64,000 nucleotides of DNA from Candidatus Bathyarchaeota archaeon (GCA_963706285.1 CAVPLU010000009.1:91033-155032), one strand, 5' to 3'. Shown: positions 30,587-42,300, counted from the first letter of the stretch. Translations and numbers: made by a program. The notes: generated by a model not told the origin, from the sequence alone.

Positions 30587-33500
30587 ACCGCAGATGTGGG
30601 GACTGATCAAGGAATTCTTCCGCGAGAAGGGCCTTGTCAGGCAGCACATCGATTCATACAACGAATTCATTGAAACGGGATTACAGGCGATCATAGACGA
30701 GGTTGGATCAATCCCGATAGAGATCGAAGAGTATCCGTTGAAGATCAAGCTCGGGAAGATTGAGATCGGCACACCGAGGGTAACAGAGGTTGATGGATCT
30801 GAGAGGCCCATTTATCCTACGGAAGCTCGGGTACGCAATCTCACCTATGCCGCGCCATTGCACCTTGAAATGACGCCTGTTATCGGGGAACGTGAAGGTC
30901 AGACGGAGATCGTCTACATTGGGGACTTTCCCGTCATGCTTCGTTCGAAGATATGCCCTCTCTCGAGGCTGACTCCCGATGAGATGACCAGTATCGGCGA
31001 GGATCCCATTGATCCTGGCGGATACTTCGTCGTCAATGGTGCTGAACGTGTGGTGGTTGCGCTCGAGGATCTGGCAGCGAACAAGATTCTCGTTGACACA
31101 GAAAAGACGGGAGTCAACCCCGTCTACAAGGCCAAGATTTTCTCTACGACATTGGGTTTCCGGGCAAGAACTGAAGTCACCATGAAGTCCGACGGTGCGA
31201 TCTTTGTTATGGTTCCGGGGGTGCCTGCGGAGATTCCCTTGGTCGTGCTCATGAAAGCGCTTGGTATTCAGGAAGACTTGAAGATCGCCGAGCTGATCTC
31301 TGATGATGAGATCATCCAGAACCAATTGGAAGGTTCATTCGAGAAAGCGCAGGGCATCCTTTCGGTGAAGGATGCGCTCCTATATGTTGGTAATCGTCTC
31401 GCGCCAGGACAGGTTGAGGACTACCGTGCCAAGAAGGCTGAAACGGTTGTCGATCGTAACTTTCTTCCACATATTGGGCGAACGCCAGCTGAAAGGAAAG
31501 AGAAAGCGTATTTCCTCGCCGAGATCACGACAAGGATTATTGAGCTGAAGCTTGGCAGGCGGGGCCCAGACGACAAGGATCACTATGCGAACAAGCGACT
31601 CAAGCTTGCAGGAGCCTTGATGGGTGACCTCTTCAGAATCACATTTCGAAATCTCGTCCGTGATTTGAAGTATCAACTTGAGCGCATCACGATCAGAAGA
31701 CACCAAGAACTTTCGATTACGAACGCAATTAGGCCTGGCATAATCAGTGAACGAATACAGCACGCGGTTTCGACAGGTAACTGGGTCCGAGGAAGGGTTG
31801 GGGTAACACAACTTCTCGATCGAACGAACTTTTCCTCGACATTAAGCCACCTGAGGCGGCTTCAATCTCCCTTGAGCAGAAGCCAACCCAACTTGGAGGC
31901 GCGCGATCTGCATGCGACGCATTGGGGCAGACTATGCCCGAATGAAACCCCTGAAGGGTCGAATTGTGGTCTCGTGAAGAACTTGGCATTGTCTTCCATC
32001 CTGTCAACAGGGGTCGACTCAAGAGAGTTCGTGCTCAAGCTACGAAGGATAGGGGTCGTGCCAATTGGGGAGGCAGAGAGCAAGTCAGCAACTCCGAGTG
32101 TCATCGTCATAGTTGACGGCCTAATTGCAGGCGTCACGCGTGCACCTAACGAGCTTGTGCAGGAACTTGTACGTATGCGTCGCGCCGGCGAAATCAGCTC
32201 CGAAGTGAACGCCGCGTATTTCCCTCCAGAAAGAGAGACCGTGCGGGGATGCGTCTACGTGAATTGTGACGGCGGCAGAGTGCGGAGACCGCTAATCATA
32301 GTGGATGATGGCATTCCGAAACTGACGCGCGAACACGTGGAAGCCATTCAGAGAGGCGAAATGCGTTGGGAGGAACTCGTTGAGAAAGGGGTCATTGAGT
32401 ATCTAGACTCTGACGAGGAGGAGAGTGCTCTCGTGGCGCTCGATCTTTCCAAGGTCTCGAAGGATAGCACGCATCTGGAGCTTGCTTCTTACACAATGCT
32501 AGGCATCTGTGCTTCAGTAATCCCGTATTCTGAGCACAACCAGTCTCCAAGGAACGCCTATGAGTCAGCCATGGCGAAACAAGCGCTTGGAGTTTCCTGC
32601 ACCAACTTCTTCAACCGAGTCGATTCTCGATCACATCTATTGCACTACCCGCAGTTGCCTCTCGTTAGGACGAAACCAATGGAGGTCATTAACTACGATG
32701 ACAGACCTGCAGGCCAGAACTGTGTTTTGGCCGTACTTTCGTTCCAAGGCTACAACATGGAAGACGCCGTAGTCTTCAACCGATCATCTGTGGACCGTGG
32801 GTTTGGCCGTTCTACATTCTTCCGAATCTACGAAGGTGAATGTAGACAGTACCTCGGAGGGCTCCGCGACAAGTTCGAAATCCCCGAAGCAGGGACAAGA
32901 GGATACAGGGGCGACAGATACTATCGCTTTCTTGAGGAAGATGGAATTATCTCGGCTGAGGCGGACGTGAGCGGAAACACAGTTCTTGTTGGCAGAACAA
33001 GTCCTCCTCGGTTCTTAGAAGAGTACCGTGAATTCGAAGTTAAAGGACCCACAAAGCGTGACTCATCTGTGGGAATGCGTCCTTCAGAGGTCGGAGTAGT
33101 CGACACTATTTTCGTTACTGAATCAATCGAAGGCAGTAAGCTCGTGAAGGTGAAAGTCAGAGACACACGTGTTCCCGAACTTGGGGACAAGTTTGCCTCA
33201 AGGCACGGGCAGAAAGGCGTCATCGGCCTCCTTGTTCCACAGCAAGATATGCCCTTCACTCAGGATGGTGTCGTCCCAGATGTCATCATCAACCCTCATG
33301 CATTTCCGTCCCGTATGACGATCGGACAATTCGTGGAATCATTAGCTGGCAAAGTCGCTTCGTTGAGGGGGGAGCCAGTTGACGGGACTCCTTTCAGCAA
33401 CGAACGCCCAGAGCAACTTCGCGATACCTTGCTGAAGCTTGGATTCACTCAAAGCGGAAGCGAAGTTTTCTACAACGGTATTGACGGAAAGAAGTTTGTA

Positions 33501-33920
33501 GCCGATGTGTATGTTGGAGTCATATACTATCAGAAACTTCACCACATGGTTGCAGACAAGATGCACGCACGGGCACGCGGCCAAGTACAGATGCTGACAC
33601 GACAGCCAACCGAAGGAAGGGCCCGAGGAGGGGGCCTAAGATTCGGGGAGATGGAACGCGACTGTCTAATCGGACACGGAGCGTCTGCGCTGCTCAGAGA
33701 CAGACTCCTCGAAGAATCTGACAAGTACACCGTCATGGTCTGTGAAGTATGCGGCTTGCTCGCTTACCATGATATCAAACAGAACAAGTACGTGTGCCGT
33801 ATCTGCGGCGAGCGGGCGGTAATCTCCCCAGTCGCACTTTCTTACGCCTTCAAACTACTCCTTCAAGAATTGATGGCGCTCGGTGTGGCTCCCAGACTTA
33901 ACATTTCGGAGCGTGCATAA
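30570..33920 (+). CDS. rpoB: RNA polymerase subunit B (unsplit Rpo2); start CTG 30570 or ATG 30594
   Basis: GLVRQHIDSYN, ETPEG-x-NCGLVKN, GDKFASRHGQKG, GGLRFGEMERD, C-terminal Zn ribbon. Confidence 0.97.
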   Translation: MISQVEPQMWGLIKEFFREKGLVRQHIDSYNEFIETGLQAIIDEVGSIPIEIEEYPLKIKLGKIEIGTPRVTEVDGSERPIYPTEARVRNLTYAAPLHLEMTPVIGEREGQTEIVYIGDFPVMLRSKICPLSRLTPDEMTSIGEDPIDPGGYFVVNGAERVVVALEDLAANKILVDTEKTGVNPVYKAKIFSTTLGFRARTEVTMKSDGAIFVMVPGVPAEIPLVVLMKALGIQEDLKIAELISDDEIIQNQLEGSFEKAQGILSVKDALLYVGNRLAPGQVEDYRAKKAETVVDRNFLPHIGRTPAERKEKAYFLAEITTRIIELKLGRRGPDDKDHYANKRLKLAGALMGDLFRITFRNLVRDLKYQLERITIRRHQELSITNAIRPGIISERIQHAVSTGNWVRGRVGVTQLLDRTNFSSTLSHLRRLQSPLSRSQPNLEARDLHATHWGRLCPNETPEGSNCGLVKNLALSSILSTGVDSREFVLKLRRIGVVPIGEAESKSATPSVIVIVDGLIAGVTRAPNELVQELVRMRRAGEISSEVNAAYFPPERETVRGCVYVNCDGGRVRRPLIIVDDGIPKLTREHVEAIQRGEMRWEELVEKGVIEYLDSDEEESALVALDLSKVSKDSTHLELASYTMLGICASVIPYSEHNQSPRNAYESAMAKQALGVSCTNFFNRVDSRSHLLHYPQLPLVRTKPMEVINYDDRPAGQNCVLAVLSFQGYNMEDAVVFNRSSVDRGFGRSTFFRIYEGECRQYLGGLRDKFEIPEAGTRGYRGDRYYRFLEEDGIISAEADVSGNTVLVGRTSPPRFLEEYREFEVKGPTKRDSSVGMRPSEVGVVDTIFVTESIEGSKLVKVKVRDTRVPELGDKFASRHGQKGVIGLLVPQQDMPFTQDGVVPDVIINPHAFPSRMTIGQFVESLAGKVASLRGEPVDGTPFSNERPEQLRDTLLKLGFTQSGSEVFYNGIDGKKFVADVYVGVIYYQKLHHMVADKMHARARGQVQMLTRQPTEGRARGGGLRFGEMERDCLIGHGASALLRDRLLEESDKYTVMVCEVCGLLAYHDIKQNKYVCRICGERAVISPVALSYAFKLLLQELMALGVAPRLNISERA

Positions 33921-33921
33921 G

Positions 33922-36900
33922 ATGGCGATGTTGGAAGAAGCAACTAAGATCATCGGCAGCATCAGGTTCTCACTTCTTTCCCCGAATGAAATACGTCGCC
34001 TGTCAGCAGTTGAAGTTCAGACAGCGGACACATATGATGAAGACGGCGTCCCCATAGTATCAGGTCTAATGGACGGAAGATTGGGAACACTCGAACCTAG
34101 GCAGAAGTGCAAGACCTGTGGAAACACGGCTGTAAGTTGCCCAGGTCACTCCGGGCACATAGAACTTGCGGAGCCTGTGGTTCATGTGGCCTTCGCCAAA
34201 CTCATACACAAACTCCTGTCCATCACTTGTCGCAACTGCGGCAGGATACTCATGTCGAATGAGAGGATTGAGAACTACCAAGCAAGGATAGCGGAAGAAA
34301 AGAAACGCCTCAACGAGGTGCCCACGACTTTCTTCGACGCCATTATGAAGGACGCGAAGAAAGTTCAAGAGTGTCCACACTGCGGAACGCGACAACACAC
34401 AATCGAACATCAGAAACCCACAACGTTCATAGACGAGACCGGAGCGCGGCTCACGCCCAGCGCAATCAGAGAGATGCTTGAACGCATTCCTGATGATGAT
34501 CTTCGCATTGTGGGTATGGATCCAACCGCTGCAAGACCTGAATGGATGATCATGCAGGTCCTACCCGTGCCGCCAGTTACGGTGCGACCATCTATTACGC
34601 TCGAGTCAGGCATTCGATCAGAAGACGATCTGACTCACAAACTCGTTGACATAATTCGAATCAACCAGAAGCTGCATGAGGCACTCGAATCCGGCGTTCC
34701 GGTCAACATCATTCAAGAACTACATGACCTGCTTCAGTATCATGTTACTACGTACTTTGATAATGAAGTTTCCGGCCTGCCACCTGCTCGTCACCGATCA
34801 GGAAGAGCGTTGAGAACGATCAGTCAACGACTAAAGGGCAAGGAAGGCAGATTCCGAGGCAACCTGTCTGGAAAGCGAGTTGACTTCTCAGCTAGGACTG
34901 TAATTTCTCCTGACCCTAACCTAGACATCAGCGAGGTTGGCGTTCCAGTTGACATAGCCGCACGACTGACTATTCCAGAACGTGTTACACAATGGAACAT
35001 CGAAGAGATGAAACGGCTCATCAGAAACGGCCCTGACCAGTACCCAGGCGCTCTCTATATCGTGCGCCCGGACCAAAGGCGAGTCAGATTAGAGTTCGTT
35101 ACCGAACGAGATAGTCTCGCAGACGCAATCGAACCAAGTTTCGTCGTCGAACGCCACATCAGAGACGGAGATATTGTGCTCTTCAACAGACAACCCTCAC
35201 TTCACAGAATGTCAATCATGGCCCACACAGTTAGAGTACTTCCATACAAGACCTTCAGACTGAACCCATGCGTCTGCCCACCATACAACGCGGACTTTGA
35301 CGGCGATGAGATGAACCTGCATGTACCGCAGAGTGAGGAAGCGAGAACCGAAGCAAGGCTTCTCATGCAAGTACAGGATCAGATACTCTCTCCTCGCTAC
35401 GGAGGGCCAATCATCGGTGCTAAGACGGATCTTATCAGCGCGGCCTATCTGCTCACCCGCAAGTCAACAGCCCTCACAAAGGATGAGGTTTGCAGACTCC
35501 TTGCAGCTGCCGGGTACGCGGGCGAAGTTCCCGAACCAGCGATCAAGCGTCCTGTCGAACTCTGGACCGGGAAACAGATCTTCAGCCTCTTCCTGCCGAA
35601 GGGTTTCAGCTTCACCACCAGATCCAGTATGGTGACAAAGGATGACAAAGAACACGTCATAATACGTAACGGAATACTCGAAGAAGGAGTCATCGACAAG
35701 AACTCGATCGGCGCCGAACGCTCGGAGACTCTCTTCCACCGAATTGTGAAGGATCAAGGATCTGAGACCGGGCGTCAGTTTCTCAATCACCTCGCGAAGT
35801 TGCTGGACCGTTTCGTCCTGATGAAAGGTTTCTCATACTCACTGAAGGAACTTGACGTACTTCCGAGTGTCAAGGAAAAGATTGACAAGGTCATAAGGAA
35901 AGCCGAAGAGCGTGTCTACGCACTTATCGAGAGCTACAACCAAGGAACTCTTGATCGACTGCCGGGCCAGTCCCTTGCGGAATCACTCGAGATTCGAATA
36001 ATGGACGAACTCTCCAAAGCTCGTGACGTTGCTGGCGAGCTTGCCGACGCGAACTTGGACGAAAGAAACAGCGGTGTAATCATGACTAGAACAGGAGCAA
36101 GAGGTTCGTCGCTGAATATTGCGCAGATGATAGCATCCGTGGGTCAGCAGTCAATTCGTGGTCAAAGAATCCGCAGAGGATACAGAGACAGAGTGCTGTC
36201 ATTCTTCCGACCTGGAGACGCAGGTCCTGAAGCAAGAGGTTTCGTCTACGCCTCGTATCGTGACGGTCTCAACCCGATCGAGTTCTTCTTCCATGCAATG
36301 GGTGGACGTGAAGGACTAGTGGACACTGCAGTCAGGACCCAACAAAGCGGATACATGCAAAGAAGACTGATCAATGCGCTTGAACATCTCAGAGTGGAGT
36401 ACGACTCAACCGTGAGGGACTCGCGAGGAGATATCATTCAATTCAGATACGGAGAAGACGGTGTGGACACAGCGAAGAGCGATCACGGCAAGGCAGTAAA
36501 CTCTGAACGCCTAATCGAACGTGTAAGGCTCACCGCGGACAAAGGCGCGAAGGCCACCAACAAGTACGTCGAGACCAAGGTTCGAGAAGTCACCGACCGA
36601 CTTTCTCCCCTCCTAGCAGATGAGTTGAAGCGAGATCTCCTGAAGGCTAAAATGTCACGGCGCGGCGTCGACGAAGCCGTTGGCCAAGCCGTCGAAAACT
36701 ACGGCAGATCGCTCATCGAACCCGGCGAAGCAGCAGGAATTGTATCAGCTCAATCCATCGGAGAGCCTGGCACGCAGATGACACTGAGAACCTTCCACTT
36801 TGCAGGAGTGAGGGAGCAGAACGTCACCCTTGGCCTTCCTAGACTGATTGAGATTGTCGACGCAAGGAAGATCCCGTCGACGCCGACGATGACGGTGTTC

Positions 36901-37707
36901 CTTGACGAGAAACACAGGACGAGCAAGGAGAAGGCCGAGGAAGTCGCCACCCTCCTCACGCATACTACACTCGCAGACATCGCCTCTAGTATCGAGTCAG
37001 ACATAACTAGGATGAGGATCGTGGTTAAGCTTGACACTGCAGCCATGCGCGAGAAGTCCGTCACGATGAAAGACATGAAATTAGCGATCCAAGTACCTCG
37101 AGGAGAAACGAAGATCGAAAAAGACGAAGTCGAAATCACCACTCAGGACATGGACATTCCACAGTTCAGGCGTCTCGAGTCCCGTGTCGCCGGAATGCAC
37201 GTGAAGGGAATCCCCGCGGTGAAGCGAGCTCTTGTCATGGAGGAAAACCACGAGTGGATCATCAGAACAGAGGGATCGAACCTCGAACTTGCACTCACGA
37301 CACCAGGTATCGATCCGACCAGAACAGTATCCAACAACATGCACGAGGTGGCAGCTGTGCTCGGAATCGAAGCAGCGCGCAACGTAATAGTCAAAGAGGC
37401 GAAAGCCGTCCTCGAAGAGCAAGGTCTTGACGTCGACATAAGACATGTGATGCTCGTCGCAGATGCGATGACCGCGTCAGGCGAAGTCCTTCAAGTAGGC
37501 AGGCATGGTGTAAGCGGCGAGAAATCGAGCACACTTGCGAAAGCAGCCTTTGAGATCACGATCCCAACGATCGTTGACGCGGCCGTTCGCGGAACAAAGG
37601 ATCACCTGCGTGGAGTCGCGGAGAACGTGATAGTCGGACAACAGGTTCCAATGGGTACAGGCCTCATCGAGGTTTTCATGGCAATGTCCGAGAGGAGGGA
37701 GAAATAG
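33922..37707 (+). CDS. rpoA: RNA polymerase largest subunit, fused A'+A'' (Rpo1)
   Basis: NADFDGDEMN and GGREGLVDTA in the same ORF as AQSIGEPGTQMTL and AAFE...ENVIVGQ. Confidence 0.97.
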   Translation: MAMLEEATKIIGSIRFSLLSPNEIRRLSAVEVQTADTYDEDGVPIVSGLMDGRLGTLEPRQKCKTCGNTAVSCPGHSGHIELAEPVVHVAFAKLIHKLLSITCRNCGRILMSNERIENYQARIAEEKKRLNEVPTTFFDAIMKDAKKVQECPHCGTRQHTIEHQKPTTFIDETGARLTPSAIREMLERIPDDDLRIVGMDPTAARPEWMIMQVLPVPPVTVRPSITLESGIRSEDDLTHKLVDIIRINQKLHEALESGVPVNIIQELHDLLQYHVTTYFDNEVSGLPPARHRSGRALRTISQRLKGKEGRFRGNLSGKRVDFSARTVISPDPNLDISEVGVPVDIAARLTIPERVTQWNIEEMKRLIRNGPDQYPGALYIVRPDQRRVRLEFVTERDSLADAIEPSFVVERHIRDGDIVLFNRQPSLHRMSIMAHTVRVLPYKTFRLNPCVCPPYNADFDGDEMNLHVPQSEEARTEARLLMQVQDQILSPRYGGPIIGAKTDLISAAYLLTRKSTALTKDEVCRLLAAAGYAGEVPEPAIKRPVELWTGKQIFSLFLPKGFSFTTRSSMVTKDDKEHVIIRNGILEEGVIDKNSIGAERSETLFHRIVKDQGSETGRQFLNHLAKLLDRFVLMKGFSYSLKELDVLPSVKEKIDKVIRKAEERVYALIESYNQGTLDRLPGQSLAESLEIRIMDELSKARDVAGELADANLDERNSGVIMTRTGARGSSLNIAQMIASVGQQSIRGQRIRRGYRDRVLSFFRPGDAGPEARGFVYASYRDGLNPIEFFFHAMGGREGLVDTAVRTQQSGYMQRRLINALEHLRVEYDSTVRDSRGDIIQFRYGEDGVDTAKSDHGKAVNSERLIERVRLTADKGAKATNKYVETKVREVTDRLSPLLADELKRDLLKAKMSRRGVDEAVGQAVENYGRSLIEPGEAAGIVSAQSIGEPGTQMTLRTFHFAGVREQNVTLGLPRLIEIVDARKIPSTPTMTVFLDEKHRTSKEKAEEVATLLTHTTLADIASSIESDITRMRIVVKLDTAAMREKSVTMKDMKLAIQVPRGETKIEKDEVEITTQDMDIPQFRRLESRVAGMHVKGIPAVKRALVMEENHEWIIRTEGSNLELALTTPGIDPTRTVSNNMHEVAAVLGIEAARNVIVKEAKAVLEEQGLDVDIRHVMLVADAMTASGEVLQVGRHGVSGEKSSTLAKAAFEITIPTIVDAAVRGTKDHLRGVAENVIVGQQVPMGTGLIEVFMAMSERREK

Positions 37708-38006
37708 TGGACCTTAACAAACAGATCAACATGGCCGTCAAAACCGGGAAGATTAAGCTAGGCTGTAGTGAGGCAACAGATGCTGCCAAGACAGGAAAGG
37801 CACGTCTGATCATCATCGCCTCAAACTGTCCCGAGCCACAGAAATCTAGCATACTCTACAACGCAAAACTCTCGGAGGTTCCCGTATACGTCTACTCGGG
37901 CACCAGCATGGACTTGAGCGCTGCATGTGAAAAGCCATTTCTAGTCGCCGCTCTTACAGTGAAGGAACCTGGCGACTCTGAAATCCTAAAGTTGGCTGAA
38001 ACCTGA
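37707..38006 (+). CDS. rpl30e: 50S ribosomal protein L30e
   Basis: AVKTGK-x-x-LG, IIASNCP, KPF, PGDS-x-I. Confidence 0.95.
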   Translation: MDLNKQINMAVKTGKIKLGCSEATDAAKTGKARLIIIASNCPEPQKSSILYNAKLSEVPVYVYSGTSMDLSAACEKPFLVAALTVKEPGDSEILKLAET

Positions 38007-38008
38007 AG

Positions 38009-38446
38009 ATGTCCTCAACAAAGATCCGCTTAGGCAGCGATGAGATACGTTACATTGCCCTGTTTGAGAACATAACAGGCGCAACCGCAAATGACTGCCT
38101 AATCGACTCCTTGAGCGACCGGATCATATTCATTGCCAAACCAGGACAGATGGGCCTGGCGATCGGAAAAGCAGGGAAGAACATCAACACTCTCAGGAGA
38201 ATGACCGGCAAACCTGTCGAAGTCGTTGAGGCATCGGACAGCGTAGAGGGCTTGATAAGGAACTCTCTCGCGCCGGCGAAGATCAAAGAGATTCGAGTCA
38301 CCGAACGTCCTGACAAGAAGATAGTGGTCGTGGAAGTTGACCCAAGAGACAAAGCCTTGGCAATCGGAAAGAACGGTAGAACAATCGACAAGACTCGTAT
38401 ACTAGCCAAGAGATACTTCCAAGTCGATCACGTGCAAGTTGTCTAG
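38009..38446 (+). CDS. nusA: Archaeal NusA (two KH domains)
   Basis: FE-x-ITGA-x-x-x-DC; GLAIGK-x-G and LAIGKNG KH loops. Confidence 0.94.
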   Translation: MSSTKIRLGSDEIRYIALFENITGATANDCLIDSLSDRIIFIAKPGQMGLAIGKAGKNINTLRRMTGKPVEVVEASDSVEGLIRNSLAPAKIKEIRVTERPDKKIVVVEVDPRDKALAIGKNGRTIDKTRILAKRYFQVDHVQVV

Positions 38447-38607
38447 GAAGAGAAATGGGCAGACCCATCGAAAAATGGGATGATGTTGCAGCGAGCATTC
38501 AGCAAATAGAATGCCAAGCACACTATCCACGGATCTCAACAGCCGCGATCACCCTGTCACCGGTTGCCTCTTTCGAAGATGCTCATGGCTACGAAGAGTA
38601 TCAGATG

Positions 38608-39520
38608 TCAAAGGCCCAACTGGCGCATCACGGATGCGACAATCATCACGTCCGCTATCTCAGCAGACGCCCCGTTGATTATCATATGATCTAGTCTTCC
38701 TCCACGCATGACTGGGAAGTGCACGTAAGGAACGTAGTATTGCGCCAACTCTTCGATATGGAAGCTGTTGCTTAGGATCTGCTTGGATGTTTCTGGCATT
38801 CTGACAAGTCTTTCTTGGAATCTCTGCATGACTGTCTCCTTGGTCTCTTTCGACGTAGCGATTCTTGCTATCGTTCCTTCGACATTTAGATGCGTGATAT
38901 CAAATACTCGTTGGGTCTTCCATGCACGAGGTAGTGCCTCCTCCAGCGCATCTCCTTCTCGTCCGTCAGAGGTCACGTACATCTCAGCCTCCTTCTGCCC
39001 CACCGCTAGCTCGGTCACATGACTGAGATTGAAGTATCTGCGCTCACCCGTAAGAAACCTAGAGAATCGTTTCAGTGTGCGCTTGAACGCTTCCGGGATG
39101 AGGTTCGTCTCTTGCTCCTCTATCATGAGGTCGCGCGTCTCTCCATCAACCTCTACAGCGACTACATCTTTATCCACCCTAATCTGGTAGTTTGTTTCCC
39201 TTAGATAGAAGCACTCATGGTGCCCCTTCACATACCATAAAGGGAAATAGACTACAGTAGGGGAGTCCAGCGAGCCTCGATATTGCAGATGCCTGTCTGA
39301 AGGAGTCCGCCACACGCTGCAATATTCCAGGTCTAGTCGCTCTCCTTACGAGCCTATCAAGTGGCTGCGGAACAACTCTCATTCTAGTCTCGACAATCTT
39401 CGAAGGATCCCAACCGTTTCCCTCACGCAAACCGGGCATTTCTTCGGCCAACTTGTCGAGTGTGCCCAGCTTCTCGAGCCTGGAGGCTATCTGACCTCGG
39501 ATGTCTTCGCGCCTGGCCAA
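38608..39520 (-). CDS. Hypothetical protein (indel near 39315)
   Basis: Two abutting ORFs (39215-39520 and 38608-39315) with protein-like composition (YFPLWYVKG, YYVPY...IING). Confidence 0.55.
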
Positions 39521-39721
39521 ACGAACTGTCCTCCATTGTTGATTCAGGATTCGGAATCTTAGATTGCCATGCGATCAGATGTAACACCCAGAGATAAGTC
39601 TGCCACAGACAAACCCGTGAGTTCGCCCGACCGTTCTCATTTCATGCCAAGGATATTGGAATTTTCGTCGTTGTTAGGCACTCAAAAATAGCTGATAAGA
39701 TTAGCATGATTCTCGAGAGAG

Positions 39722-40460
39722 ATGATGGCTCGCGATTCGGAACCCCGCTTCGTGTTCATCCACGGCGCAGGGGGAACCCATAGAGTCTGGCGTTATCAGA
39801 CATCCGCATTTCCGAACAGTATAGCGTTAGACTTACCAGGCCATCCAATAGGGAAAGGATACAGTACAATCTCGGAATATGCGCAGGTTTGTGACTCAGG
39901 CGATTGAGGAACGAGAACTTGGCCAAGCGATACTGGTGGGTCACTCGATGGGTGGTGCGATTACGATCGAGATCGCTCTTGCTCATCCGAAGTTCCTCAT
40001 GGGGATCGTGCTCATCGGTTCGGGCGCCCGGTTGCGAGTGGCTCCCGTTATCAAAGACGAAGTGAAGCGTGACTACGTGCATGCGGCAGAAGTGATCGCC
40101 GAGTGGGCCTACTCTCCGAAGAGTGATGCTAAGCTCAGGAAGGGCGCGATTCAAGAGCTGCTGGGAGTTCCGGCCGAGGTAACGTATGGTGACTTTCAGG
40201 CCTGTGATCATTTCGACAGGATGAATGAGATCGGTGGCATCGATTTGCCTACTATGGTTGTGTGCGGAGAAGATGATCTGCTCACGCCAGTCAAGTATTC
40301 GCAGTATCTTAAAGAGAAAATAAGAGATGCTCTGAGCGTAGTCATTCCCGATGCAGGTCACTCAGTCATGCTAGAGAAACCAGGAGAACTCAACAATGCA
40401 CTGCGATCATTTCAAGCAAAGCTCTGCAGACATTCCGAATTCTCCGACCGAATTCCCTAG
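39722..40460 (+). CDS. Alpha/beta hydrolase (indel near 39888)
   Basis: FIHGAGG, DLPGH, GHSMGG nucleophile elbow, G-x-x-D...AGH. Confidence 0.9.
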
Positions 40461-40461
40461 C

Positions 40462-41616
40462 TCAGGATGGCCTGGCGTATCCTGATTTCCCAGAGTCTCC
40501 TGCGTAGACAGGGCGTCTTGGAAGTCTCATGTTATTGATGCTTGCCACAGTAGCCGCAAACAGCTCACCTAGGTTCTCACCCGTGAGAGCGCTGATGGCA
40601 ACGATTTTTGTCCCAATAAATTCTCCCCGGATCGCCTCGATGGCGTCCGCAAGTTTCTCAGGGTTAACCAGATCGACTTTGTTGGCGCAGACAACGATTT
40701 CCCCGTCTATGCCAATTTCTCGCAGGATCTTGTTCATAGACGAGCAGCGCCGACCGATGATGTGATTCTCTTCGCTTGCGTCCACGAACAACAATATCAC
40801 GTCTGAATGCGCGATTTCGCCTAGTGTGGCAGTGAATGCCTTCACGATCGTGGGATGCATGTCTTCTATGAAGCCGATTGAGTCGATCAGTAGGAACTCC
40901 GAATCGCGTGAGGCTGCGACTCTGACTTTTCTTGCGAATGTGGATAAAGTCGTGAATGGTCCGAGTCCTACTGTCTTAGTTTCAGAGGCTAGGCGATTGA
41001 ACAGTGTCGTCTTTCCGGCTTGCGTGTATCCTGCTAGTGCCACTATCGGGAATCCAAGTTCACGGCGTCTTCGTCTAGTGATCTCCTTCTTGCGATCCAG
41101 GTCCCGAAGTTGTGCCTCCAAACGACTTATTCTGCTACGTGCGGCACGGGTGTATTCTTGAAATGGGTAGTCGCCTGGACCCATCCAGCCAACCTGTTCA
41201 CCCATTATCCCTCTTAGCTTGATGAACTCACGACCCCAAGACAAGGTGTACTTCAACTTGGCGAGCTTGATCTGGAGTTTTGCTTCCTTGGTCATCGCGC
41301 GTTTGTCGAAAACCTCCAAGATCAGCAGGTTTCTATCGATGACCCGAACTTCCCCGCCTAGGCGCTGTTGAAGCTTGAAGACTTGACTGCTTGGGAGCGT
41401 ATTCGCGAATATCACCGTTTCAACTTCGTTCAAGTCGACTATCTCTTTGAGTTCCTCGACCTTGCCTGGACCTATGCAGTATGAGTGGTGGTCGCTGTTT
41501 CGCTTCTGAACAATAACATCGACGACGTCATATCCTATGTTTTCTGCCATCGCTCTCGCTTCTTCAGCTCGTGGCGGCAGCGAGGGCAACTTACATTCCA
41601 CCACCACAGCACGCAC
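40462..41616 (-). CDS. hflX: GTPase HflX
   Basis: IG-x-GK-x-x-EL, DR-x-x-LIL-x-x-F...EAKLQ, GYTQAGKTT, D-x-x-GFI, NKVD, SA-x-x-G. Confidence 0.92.
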   Translation of the reverse strand: MRAVVVECKLPSLPPRAEEARAMAENIGYDVVDVIVQKRNSDHHSYCIGPGKVEELKEIVDLNEVETVIFANTLPSSQVFKLQQRLGGEVRVIDRNLLILEVFDKRAMTKEAKLQIKLAKLKYTLSWGREFIKLRGIMGEQVGWMGPGDYPFQEYTRAARSRISRLEAQLRDLDRKKEITRRRRRELGFPIVALAGYTQAGKTTLFNRLASETKTVGLGPFTTLSTFARKVRVAASRDSEFLLIDSIGFIEDMHPTIVKAFTATLGEIAHSDVILLFVDASEENHIIGRRCSSMNKILREIGIDGEIVVCANKVDLVNPEKLADAIEAIRGEFIGTKIVAISALTGENLGELFAATVASINNMRLPRRPVYAGDSGKSGYARPS

Positions 41617-41735
41617 GAGTCATCTCACCTCGAATCTTTCCCTAACATTTCACTCTTGATCAATGTGCTATTTAGACTGGCATAAGGAATCGATTCGTGA
41701 TCTATCAGGATGAGACAAGAATAGATGTCAAGCCC

Positions 41736-42017
41736 CTAGTCGGAGTATCTTATCGTGAAGCTTTCGAACTCGCCCTTCCATTCATGTCGCCTGACATCAA
41801 CGTCAACCACGTACGCATTTGGAGGTCCTTTCCGGCAGAAATCAACAATCTTCTGTACGTTGGTTTCCTCTCCATCAAAGATCGCTTCTACACGACCGTC
41901 GGGAAGGTTGCGAACCCAACCTGTGATGTTAAACTGCTTTGCTCTGGATGCGGTTTCGGCCCGGTAGAAGACGCCTTGGACATTTCCGGTGACAATCACG
42001 TGCGCCCTGATCTTCAC
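41736..42017 (-). CDS. acyP: Acylphosphatase
   Basis: G-x-VQGVFYR, GWVRN-x-x-DGRVE, C-x-KGPP. Confidence 0.93.
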   Translation of the reverse strand: MKIRAHVIVTGNVQGVFYRAETASRAKQFNITGWVRNLPDGRVEAIFDGEETNVQKIVDFCRKGPPNAYVVDVDVRRHEWKGEFESFTIRYSD

Positions 42018-42300
42018 AGATCTCGACCCTTTGCTTGCGTTGATCGCCGCTTTCATATTTGGTTTCTCAGAGGGATTTGCATTTACGGTCGTGGTGACTC
42101 CAGGAGTCAAAGAAGTAATCCCGTTCTACTTTGTCCAGATGGCGCCGTATGTCCTCACACTTTGATCCTAGTTGCTGCAATTGGGGGCAAGAAATTCCCA
42201 CGTGCACTTGGCAAACCATACGTCAGAGAGTAGTCAAATCAATCGACAATTGGGTCAAGCCTCAGTCCGAATCTGTCGCACTGGCGGCACGAGGGACGGC

